In this document: positions 38,563 through 49,155 of the stretch, piece by piece
Layout of the letters: the number at the start of each line of letters is the position of its first letter
How positions within the stretch are numbered: the stretch's first letter is position 1
Assembly (NCBI GenBank): GCA_905178155.1
Contig: CAJINV010000005.1
Location: 6,249,207-6,313,206, forward strand
Source: Amoebophrya sp. A120
Lineage: Eukaryota; Protista; Dinoflagellata
Length of the DNA stretch: 64,000 bases
Direction of reading: 5' to 3'
Notes under the pieces: generated by a model
Databases searched by the model: none
What the model saw: only the letters and a program-made list of their open reading frames with translations
Told to the model about the DNA's origin: nothing
Made by a program: the position numbers and the translations under genes

Positions 38563-41500
38563 TCAACCAGAACAGTGTATAATGTTTCTAATTCTATGCC
38601 GTAACACGTAAGTACCTCCACACGTGATGAATTCGTATCCCAGATGCGCGTTCGGGTCCACTACTTGCAGCTGAATCGCCAACGTCAGCGGGCTCCAACC
38701 CTCGCTGGTCTGAAAAAACAGCGGGTCCGCGCAGTTGCCATTGTCGGAATCTAGCTTTTCTTCCACCGGCAAAGAATTGGATTTCTTCTTCGCCCGTACC
38801 AACGCTTCTCTGCCGATGTTCGTGCTAGTCCGCTCCAAGGCGGAAACCAAAGGGTTGACCGCCGTGTGGTGTAGCTGGGACGCAGAGAGGTGGTTTTTTG
38901 TCGTTTGTCTACTCGATGGGCAGGTGGTTGTCGCCGTGTTGTTGGATTGTATCGTCCCGAAAAGCTGCTTGCTGGGCGACGGGCGGGGGGTTAAGAAGTT
39001 TTGATTTGTCGACTTCCTCGTCCTGTTACTAGCCCCTAACGACGTTGATCTCGACTGGGGTAAGCTAGGGGAGGAATTCGAGGGCTGGGTTAAAACGTTC
39101 AAACTATTCATGTTCCGCTGACTACTTGTACCCGGCACTACTGCCGCTGCACTGTTTGCTCCGTTTTGCTGCTGCTGCGACCCTGCTGCTGCACTGGCAC
39201 TGCTCCCACCTAACGCCTTCTGCGTCAATATCGGCACCGACGCGAGTTTTATTGGCGTGAAGTGCGCTGTTCTGACCAGCGGGACTAAGCATTTCAAAAT
39301 GTCCACGTCTCCTCTCACCACGGCGAGGTGTAACAAGCCCACGCGGTAATCATTGCTGCTCCAGTTCTCCAGGCCCTCGTTCGTACTGTGCGCCGTCTTG
39401 TGGTAGGTGAACTTGTTCCCCGGGAAATCGTGCATCCGCAGGCGGTATGAAGTGCAAATATGTGGTCTGGGTCTGGAAGGAAACAGAGTTTGTCATGCTG
39501 GTCTGGCATGATTGCAGAGTTTGTGATGCGCGTCCAAGAAGAGACCCTTTTTCTTGTCATGCAAAAACGCAGTTTGTCATGCGAAAAGGGCAACACTAAG
39601 CCGCGCAAATATTTCTCATGCTTGGCTGTGCATGAGAGAGCATTCACTAATCACAACCTAGCATTACAGGTTTCCGGACCCAGACATCTTATTGCATTTC
39701 ATAATCGGACCAACGGGTCGGCGCCGTAGGCAATGAGCATCTGGATCATGTCGATATCGCCACGACCCGCGACCGCGAGAGCCAAGACCGTCCACTGCGA
39801 GTCCGCTCGTCTATCTGTGCAGTTCAAAAACCTTCTCCCGCCGTTCCGGCAGATTTCCTTCACAATTGCGTGGTGGTTGTTCCAAACCGCGAAGAAAAGC
39901 GGTGTCCACCGGTACCGTTTTGTCGTCGCGTTGATATTCTGGCCGTGTTGGATATGCATTGCAAAAGTATCGTACTCGTACTAATTGCAGACATGCACTA
40001 CAAATCTTGTTTTTAAGCTAAATCCGCATTACAAATTTCGTTTCTCATGCTGAAGAAGTTTGTATTGCAATACGATGCTTGTGCATTTCATATTGGAGCA
40101 GAAATTGCAGCGTGCGCAAATGCCCCCCGAAGGCCGCTAGGTGGATGGGGAGGAGTCCGTTGTCGATTATTGAGAGGAAAAATCCCCCCTCCCCATATTG
40201 AAAACGCATGCATCTGAAAATTTGTGATGCAGATTTGAGGTCACAAATCCTGTCTGTCTTGCAAGAAGGCAAAGCCAGAGAGTCCGCCGGATTGTGCCGG
40301 CGGTTTGTGATGCTGTTGGGCTTACAGGGCCGACGTCTGTCATGCTAGTCCCCTACGTCAAAACCCCTCGACCCAGGCTTGGCATATGCCTGCAGTCCTC
40401 TCCAGCAAGACAGACCGGATTTGTGTACGCAAATCCAGCATCAGAAACTTCGTTTCGATATGGGGAGGGGGGCTTTTTCCCTTTGATATCGATGGAAAAG
40501 TCCTCAAACTCTTTCGTGCCAAAAATAGCCGGGTTCCTTGTCGGACTGCGCTGGTCCTCCGGTGCGGCGGAATTGAGGGCCGGGTAGTCTGATGTTGGTG
40601 GGTTTGGAATGTTGCTAAAAAATGATGCACATCAGGAGTCAAACTTTCGCTTGATGCGCGGCCCGATGATATCAACAGAATACTCGTGCAGATGCCGAAA
40701 CTAATACCAGGATTGATTTGCGAAACTGAACCAGAAGCAAAACACGAACTCAATCTCAATCGTACCAAAACTGATAGTACCTGCATGCGCCACTATGTCT
40801 CCCTGACACAAGCTCTGGAACCCGGGCAAATGTAAGACGAAATCCCCCGTTCTGCAATGTAAATCCGCGCCGAACCGCAGTAGTTGTATGATCGACTTTA
40901 TCTTCCCCCGTGCTGCGCACAAGTGTAGCGGCGTCCAGTTTTCAAACCCCGCTCTCTTACTGGCGATGTTTATCCCGGCTGTGGCGGTTGCGTCGGTGTC
41001 CCTAGTATCCTGTGCAAAAGTTTCGTAGTCGTACTTATTGCAGTATATGCATGACAAATCTTCTTTTCAAAGTAAAACAGCATGACAAATCCCATTTCTC
41101 ATGCTGAGCAAATTTGTAATGCAATTTGTACTAGTACGATACTTTTGCAGTTCATACCTAACATCCCGCTGCGTCTTCACGTCGGGCGTCATGAAATTTA
41201 AATGCCGCGCTTTTGCTTTTGATGGAGAGGTATGCATTGCAAAGGCATCGTACTAGTATAAATTGCATCACAAATTTTGGCAAGAAGGGAAGTGGGATTT
41301 GTAATGCTGTTTTCCCTTAGGAAAAAGATTTGTAATGCAAGACTTGCATTCATACGGGTACTTACGATACTTTTGCAATGCATAAGAGAAGAAATCCCGG
41401 TCGATCAAATCATTCGTGTTCACCATCCCGCCAATGTTGTTTGCCAAAGCCCATTTTAACAGGTCGGAACCGCCGTTTGGAAGGTTCGAGTTGATGATTT

Positions 41501-42810
41501 CGCAGAGCACGTGGAGCAGGGAAAACCCGTCCATGTTGGGAGTATGGAAAGGAAAACCGTGTAAGGGTTTGTGGTTTGATGTTGTGCAAAATAAACGCTC
41601 AGCTCTTGTTTCATCTGCGGTCGACATTTAAGCATTTGGGTTGTTGTACCTCAACATCATGCAGCCTATCATGTCGAAGGAACAGGAAGAGCTGGTCGTG
41701 AAGCTGCAAGAGTATCAAAACATTAACCCGAATGATTTTCGCTACCAAATTACTTAACGCGGCGGCGTTCGGCTCACCAGCGTTGCCTACGTGGTCCCAA
41801 TCCTGCTGCGTATTCCCGGTATTCAAATTGCACCAACAATCCTCCTGCAGCAACAGCTTCAGGATGTGCTCGTGCCCGTGGTACGCCGCGGAATGTAAGC
41901 ACGTCCACCGGTCTATGCAAGAAAAAAACTAAAACTGTGTAAGTGTAACTCTGTAATGCAGAACATGCAACAGAGCGACATCTGTCATGCCAGACAGCCA
42001 TGATGTCCTCTTTTCATGTGTGTTTTCCCTTACAAGCCACGCATGGCAGGCTTTCTCTGTCATGTAGAGCAAATTTGTCATGCTGTCAGCCAAAGAAACT
42101 TTAACTTACACTATTAACACAGTTTCCTTCTTGCATACGGTCCTTCTGCAGGTAAAGGAATAAATTCGCTTTCCTCTCGCACGCTAGTAACCTCGTTAGG
42201 CGGATGTTGCCCTGTTTGCACGCGACGCGGAGGGCGGTGCGCCCGTCGATCTGCTCCATGGGGTAGTATGCCTGTAATAGGGTTGTTGTCGATTTGCTCC
42301 ATAGGGTTGTTGTTTTTTCGAGCGATGTAGGATACGGTGTTGTGCGGTTCGGAGCGCACAAACTGTATTGCGCTCAGCGCAGCAACGATCTTGAGTTATG
42401 AATTATCATGCGACCACAACATGAAACAAACACTTGTAACAAACTACCTGAAAATCCGCCCCCTCTTCCAGATTCTGTGCCACCAAGACATGTTGGTTGT
42501 GTTGCACGGCCTTGAAAAGCAGCAAGGCTTTTGACGCCGCGCCACCATTTCTCGTGTAATCGTGTACTCTACCGTACGTTGTACTGTCGTTTAAGGGTTG
42601 GTTGCCACCGGCGTACTTGTTATACCCATTCCCGTTATACGCGTTTGGGTTCGGGTAATTTGGGTAATCTTTCCTCCCCGATGAGCCAGACGCCGCAGAT
42701 CTGCTGTTTGGGTTGAAAAAGTAGTCGCCGGCTGCGTCCGGGGAAACGGTTGGAGGATCCGGGATGTCAAACTTTTGTGGCGTTTGCGACGCCACGTTTA
42801 GGACGACCAT
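38563..42810 (-). CDS. Ankyrin-repeat protein (6 introners plus other introns)
   Basis: Repeats DGRTALRVACKQG, DGFSLLHVLC, ENWTPLHLCAARG, NGLLPIHLAAFGGH, WTPLFFAVWNNH, GLLHLAVVRGD, GWSPLTLAI. Confidence 0.88.
39446..39703. mobile_element. Introner family D2
   Basis: DR degenerate ggcgg/atcgg. Confidence 0.82.
39953..40092. mobile_element. Introner family A
   Basis: DR ttgga/ttgga. Confidence 0.88.
40168..40488. mobile_element. Introner family F
   Basis: DR tcgat/tcgat. Confidence 0.9.
41006..41156. mobile_element. Introner family A
   Basis: DR cctag/cctaa. Confidence 0.88.
41231..41384. mobile_element. Introner family A (reverse orientation)
   Basis: DR agagg/agaga. Confidence 0.88.
41914..42137. 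mobile_element. Introner family B
   Basis: DR cggtc/cggtc; close to 3146-3357. Confidence 0.9.
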
Positions 42811-43459
42811 GGTTTAAGATTTTTGACTGCTGGCATGAAACAGGTTCAGGTATTGATATACTTAGAAACCGGAATGATGTCGTGTAGTTGTTGTACTTGT
42901 ACGTGTCATGGCAATAAATTCCATTAGCCTAAAAGCACGTCTCTCCGCTCAACATCCTCGTCTCTCAGAGAATAAATCGCTCGGGCTCATGTACTACTAC
43001 CCATAGAGCCTTTGTAGACCGGTGCTCCTCCTGCAGTACACCTGCTCCTCACATACAACCTTCAAACAAAATGAAAGACCGAAAGCACCTCTTAGAAAAG
43101 TTCCTGCTCTTTTGCTCGAACCTTCTCCGTCTCTGAAATTGCACCAGCACGCCCTGGGAAGGAAGTAGGAACAACACGAAAAAAACAAGTAGAGCTGAAA
43201 ACAGCTGCAACAAAAAAAAGCTTGCCGAAGAGGTTGACAATGTGAGGTTAGTGTAGATGCAGGAGTTCGAATAAGACTGTGCGCAGTCACGTCGTTGTTT
43301 TCGTTTGTAGTTTTATTTCGCTGGAGAGAAGAATAGCAGCTTGTTGTCGCTGTAGTTGTTTCATTTCCCAGTGGAGCTTATTTTACTTCGTCCTTTGGTA
43401 CCACTCGTTATCTCCTTCTTCCGAAAAGGACGACGAGAGAAATACCCCTTTGTTCAACA

Positions 43460-46400
43460 TCACTTCAAACCACAGTACAGCATGGTGACGAGAACACTTG
43501 TGTCGTCTCCTCCGTCGGAGAGTTGGTAGGCAATATCGGCTATGGATTGCAAAAATGTCTGGGTCTGGAAGAATGCAGGAGTTTGTGATGCAGATTTTGC
43601 ATGACCCATGAGGTCTGTGATGCATGCCCTAGCATCAGAGATTTTGCGAGGGCTTTCTGATGCTCACACCGCATCAGAAATGCCCTCTCCGCGTAGCACA
43701 AATTACACCTCTTTTGCTGTTCATGCAATACAGATTCTATGTAGAGTCCAAATGTAGCATCACAAGTTGCATCCTTCCAGACCCAGACATCTTTGCATTT
43801 GATATCGGCCAGATCCTTCGCTATGTCGGACAGGACGGTGGATTGCTTCATAAACAGTGCCTATCGCAAGAAAAAGCTGTTTCACTGTCGTGAACTTGTG
43901 ATGCATAGAGTGGAGCACAGAACTATTTGTCTTGCTACACCTGCACGACCTTGACTCTTTAGGGGTGTTTTCCCTTTGAAAGCGTGCATGGCAAATTTTC
44001 TGTCACATGTGTAACAAGCTTGTGATGCAGATCTTGCAAAACCATCACAGTGAAGCAGTTTTTTCGTGGGATAGTGCCTCCTCTTCCGCCGGGCTCAGAC
44101 GATTGCGCTCCCGAGGGGAAAGCCTGGCGTGGTCGTAAAGAAACTGCTGACAGGCCGCAAGTTGGGACTGGTACTTCAGCGCAATGCGCGGAATGTCCGC
44201 ATTCTTGAGAAAATCGAAGGCGCCGTCCGTCCCCTGCATTATCAAGTGCAAACATGTCTGGGTCTGGAAAGTTGCAGGATTTGTCATGCACATTTTACAT
44301 GACCCATGATGCCTGTGATCATGTGTGCCCTTGCATGACAGATTTTCTGAGGTCCTCTTGATGCCTGTCCCGCATGAGATGAAATGACCTCTCCACGTAG
44401 CAAAAACCGGGCCGCTCCTCGTGCTGCTCAAGCAATACAGATTCTTTCAGCATCCAACAGCAGCATGACAAGTTGCATCCTTCCAGACGCAGACATATTT
44501 CCAATGCATATGCACCAGGAGTCCGCAACACTGCTCCACCTTTTCCAAGTCACACTTCTCGAGCACCGACGCCTCGTGGAACAGGTCGATGCACCGAGTT
44601 TCCGGCTCGTAAATGAGCGCGCCGTTGACGCGCGGCATACATTTCGCGTCGTAGTCGCCAATCGACCGGGTGGGCTGCAGTCCGCCCAGCCGCCCGTTGT
44701 GTGGCGGCGCCGTGATGTCCGTGATCCCAGCCCGCGCCAGCCGCGCGCGCTCGGCCTCGCACCGGCAGGACTGCTCCACGGACAAGTGATTCAGGCGCCC
44801 GAACTGGAGGTGCTTCTTCCGGTCCCCGTCCCCCCGCGCTCGCTTGGACGAGGTGCAGTCACTCAGGGGCACGTACTTGGCGTCGCAGTCCCCGACCTGG
44901 GCGCAATACAGGTAGCGGCCCCAGCATAGCACCGCGTTCATGCAGGTGCCGGACGAGATTTTTTGTCCCCACAGCGCGAATTCGCAGTGCTCGGCCGCTT
45001 TCTTCATGGCCGCGGCCGGCGAAGTGCCCCGTTGTCGAAAGTCGTTCAAGACCAGGTCCGGGAATATCAACTGCAAAAATGTCTGGGTCTGGAAGATCGC
45101 CAGGTTTGTCATGCGTATTTTGAATGACCCATGATGTCTGTGATGCATGCTCTAGCATCACAGATTTTTCGAGGGTTTTGTGATGCCTCTACCGCATGAG
45201 AAATGTCCTCTCCACGTAGCACAAACCGGAGTGCTCTTGCTGGTCATGCAATACAAAATTTTTTAGAATCCAGACACAGCATCACAAGTTCTGAATCTTC
45301 CAGACCCAGACATATTTGCAATTCACAGGGAAAAATTCCGCCACCGTGGTCGCGGCCTGCGCGCCGTCGTGGCCGTCACAGACGTATGCATTGCAAAAGC
45401 ATCGTACTAGTATAAACCGCAATACAATAAATTTCCTTAGCATTAGAAATGGAATTTGTAATGCGGATTTGCCTCAAGAAAAAGATTTGTAATGCATGAC
45501 TGCGATAATTACTACGAGTACGATACTTTTGCACAGGATAAGACACCCGAGATGAACCAATCGACCTTTTTTTCCTCTCCTACCGTGCCGACAAATGAGA
45601 AAATACGGTCTTCGTTTCCCCGGTGCGCCGGCCACACCACGTTGATCTTGCCCTCTTCTTTCTCCCCGGCCGCGGCTTCGTCGTCCTCGTTGGCACCGCT
45701 GCTTGACTTTTTCTTCTTTCCTTCGTCATCAGATTTTTCGCCATCGTCGCTGTGCTTATCCTCGTTCTCTGCAACCTCGTAATATGCATTGCAAAATGAA
45801 GTATCGTAGTACTCGTATAGATGCATTACCTCAGCATGAGAGTTGAAATTTGTAATGCGGATTTACCTTACGAAAAAGACTTGTAATGCATGACCGCAAT
45901 ACGAGTACGATACTTTTGCACAGGATACCTCCTCGTCCCGCTCAGGCGACAGATCGCGCCGCTTCTGGGTGTGTCAACTGTAAAAATGTCTGGGTCTGGA
46001 AGAATTCATGTTTGTCATGCTTGTCTGGCATGACTCCTAAATCTGTCACGCACGTTACCCAAGAGCTCCGCTTTTCTGTGATGCAGAAGCGCAGTTTGTC
46101 ATGCGGAATAGGCAACACCTAGGAGCTCAGAAACTTGTCATGCTGAGCCAGCATTTGTAGCCTCATCGTGAGACGCCGCCCAGCATCACAAGTTTCCAGA
46201 CCCAGACATTTTTACATTTGATAGGGTGAACTTGCGGCTCAAGTACATAAAATTCATATTCTCGCTCTCGCGCGCCAGGTTTCTTGCGCGCAGTCCCGCG
46301 AACTTCTTTTCCCGCGCCGTCTTCTACGAACTGCAAATATGTCTGGGTCTGGAAACTTGTGATGCAAGAAAGGGAAGAGTGAACATTCTGTAATGCGCTG

Positions 46401-47885
46401 CCCAGCATGACAAGGTTTTCCGTGGTTCTGAGTTGCGTACTCCGCATGAGAAACTGCATTCTTGCATGACAGGCAAGACGAGGAGCTCTTTGCGGTGACG
46501 CAACACACACTTCAGAGTCATGCCAGACTAGCATGACAAATCTCGCAACGTCCCAGACCCAGACATATTTGCAATTCATATCTTCGGCAGTGTCACGTTC
46601 CCGGCTAGATTCTATGGATTGCAAATATGTCTGGGTCTGAAAGAGTCGGGGTTTGTCATGCACATTTTGCATGACCCATGAGGTCAGTGATGCAGGTCCT
46701 AGCATCACAGATTTTTTGAGAGCTTCTTGATGCTTATCACGCATGAGAAATGCCCTCTCCGCATGCCAAGAACTGGACTCCTCTTGCTGCTCATGCAACA
46801 CAGATATTTTTAGAATCCGCAGACAGCATTACAAGTTCTACTCTTCCAGACCCAGACATTTTTGCATTTGATAGATTCTCAGTCTCGTCCACTTCGATGC
46901 TCCGAAACTGTTTGATATCTACCCGGCGCTCCCGCTTTTTGTTTTTCAACACGACCGGCTCCCTATTTTTTTCGACCCCCGGCGGTTTGTCCGCGTTGGC
47001 CAGGTCCAGTGCCTTAATATTTAGTTGTACCCCCGGCGGTTTTATCCTGTGCAAAAGTATCGTACAAATGCAATTCTTGCATTACAAATGTTTTTCTTAA
47101 TGTAAATCAGCATGACAAATTTTATTTCTCATGCTGAGGGAATTTGTCATGCATTTATACGAGTACGATACTTTTGCAGTTCATAGGTTTGTCCGCGTTG
47201 GCCAGGTCCAGTGCCTTCAGTATGGATGTGTCAGGATCGAAATCGACAAAATCGAAAAATTTGTAATGCATATAAATGTAGGGTAAGTAAGGCCTGTGTT
47301 GGGGAGCAGGCAAATGCGACCGACTGCAAGCCTGTTTAGGGGAAGGAGATGCGCTGCCAAAGTGGCACGACAGGAGCAGTCTTCTTTACGTACCCAAACA
47401 GCATGACAGACTGGATTTATTTGGTGCAGCTCCCGAAATTTGTCATGCGCCACTTGGAAACTGAGGCTTAAAGTGGCATCGACTTTATGCATCGCAAATT
47501 GCTTCGATTTTGTTGATTTCGATCCTGACACTCCCATATTCAGCGCTTCGGCCGTCAACGGGAGCTGCTGCCCGGGGGAGGTAACGGGCTTGGGTTCGTC
47601 TTCGTCTTGGTCTTGGTCTGCCCGCTCTGGCTCCTTGGGCTTGATCTCGTTCGCCGCGTCGCTCTTGTGTGCCTCGCTCAAACGCTTGTTTGCAGCTGCA
47701 AACGCGTCCCGGTCGAAGGGGGCGATCGGCGGCTTAGCGAGGACCACCGGTGGTTTAGCGACCGTCTTCGCGCTCGGCTTAGTAATCGTCAGGCCGAACG
47801 GGTTACTGCTCATGTTCTGACTTGCGGGACCTTGCGGCAGAGGCCGCAGCCGCTTGGCAGCGGGGGTGGGAGTGTCTTCGGGCAT
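43460..47885 (-). CDS. PP2C/PPM-family protein phosphatase (11 introners)
   Basis: The spliced product has RGNEDR, GV|CDGHDG, SGTC, CAQVGDC, GRLGGLQPTRSIGD, V|QGTDGAFD and GGDDTSVLV; TGA at 43460-43462. Confidence 0.9.
43541..43804. mobile_element. Introner family D1
   Basis: DR tcggc/tcggc. Confidence 0.9.
43862..44073. mobile_element. Introner family B-like (B2)
   Basis: DR gtgcc/gtgcc. Confidence 0.85.
44240..44510. mobile_element. Introner family D1
   Basis: DR tgcat/tgcac. Confidence 0.88.
45065..45327. mobile_element. Introner family D1 (right end CA)
   Basis: DR gggaa/gggaa. Confidence 0.9.
45385..45540. mobile_element. Introner family A (reverse orientation)
   Basis: DR agacg/agaca; splits the PP2C GV|CDGH motif. 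Confidence 0.9.
45780..45927. mobile_element. Introner family A
   Basis: DR cctcg/cctcc with 3 extra nt (taa) at the left end. Confidence 0.82.
45972..46223. mobile_element. Introner family D2 (left end TG)
   Basis: DR gggtg/gggtg. Confidence 0.9.
46325..46580. mobile_element. Introner family D2
   Basis: DR tcttc/tcttc. Confidence 0.9.
46613..46873. mobile_element. Introner family D1
   Basis: DR gattc/gattc. Confidence 0.9.
47043..47185. mobile_element. Introner family A
   Basis: DR ggttt/ggttt. Confidence 0.9.
47221..47538. mobile_element. Introner family H
   Basis: DR ttcag/ttcag. Confidence 0.9.
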
Positions 47886-48139
47886 TGTTCTACTTGCTCA
47901 CAACTCTTCTAGCCTTTTCTACTGTGATTTGATTTACCGAGACGGATGATATCTCAATTAGAAGTCTTTCAGAAATCTACTTGCTTTCTCCTACTTCTTA
48001 ATCTTTCAGATTCAGATTCAGATTTGTCGGCGCACGTGACGCAGTCACGTAAAAGAATGTTTCGCTTGGCTTGGCTGCGAGGTGGCGTTCCAGAACTTTA
48101 GGAGAAGCTATTCATTGGCTAAAACTTGACCACGCGTAG

Positions 48140-48219
48140 TTACACTGCGCATCCACCGTTTTTACAGTGCGCATCCATCGTTACAGCGCGCATCCACCGT
48201 TACAGTGCGCATCCACCGT
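48140..48219. repeat. Minisatellite, 4 x about 19 bp (TTACAGTGCGCATCCACCG)
   Basis: Four adjacent near-identical copies upstream of the PP2C gene. Confidence 0.85.
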
Positions 48220-49155
48220 CGAAACGGACACAAGTAGTGGAGTAGATCTTCGTACAAAACAAGTTCGCTGCCAGAAGTAGTGGAGATCTTCGTAGTTTTA
48301 TCACCAAAAGCTCCACCTGCCACGAGGACGAGGACCAGAGCTGCATCACAACAAAACAGAGCTTCGCGATGAATATGGTGACATTAACGCTAGTGTCCTC
48401 GAGCTTAGACTCACGGAGCTGGAGCAGGAGTTCGAACAAAACTGGCCATAGTGAGAATGAATATCGTCGTTGTTTTCTTCACGTGCGGTCCTTCACGTGC
48501 GTTGTTCCTTCGTTTTATATAATCCTTCGCGTTGGAGGTTTAGAGAATCTTGTCGCTAGAGTTTCATTTTGATTTTCCGGGAGGTGTCTGTTCTACCACT
48601 AGTGGAGCTTTTACTCCGTCGTTTGTTAGTACCACTCGTGGTGAGGTCATTTTCGGTGGACGTCGCTGATGGTTGAGATGGATCATCGCACTTGTTTTAG
48701 GTCTACTACTAATCGTAGCCTATCATCGTAGCTTGGATGTTACAGAACCAAATAGAAGTGTGGAAGGCTTATCGCGTTTCGCTTTTTCTTTTTCAAATTG
48801 GAAGGATGAATATAGTACTTTGCTCGACATCAAGAACAGAGATGAGTTTGAAGACATACCTCGTGACAGTTAGCTTTTCGCTTCACAATTTCGTGGTGCG
48901 CTTTCTGAGAATTTTAGCTCATCAACTACTCGTGGATAGGTAACCAACGTCAAGAAATCATTTAAGCGCGGCTGATATTTGTCTTTGATTACAACCAAAA
49001 GTAATGTTCAGATTTTTCATACTTACTGTAGAAAGGCTTGTTTTCCTTTTCCGGTTCTTCACAGCCGGAAAAAAGGCCCGATTCTATTACCACACCACTC
49101 ATAGCTGCGAATACAGTGCTCGCACCACTCTAGGTTGTACTTCTAACCACCACTC

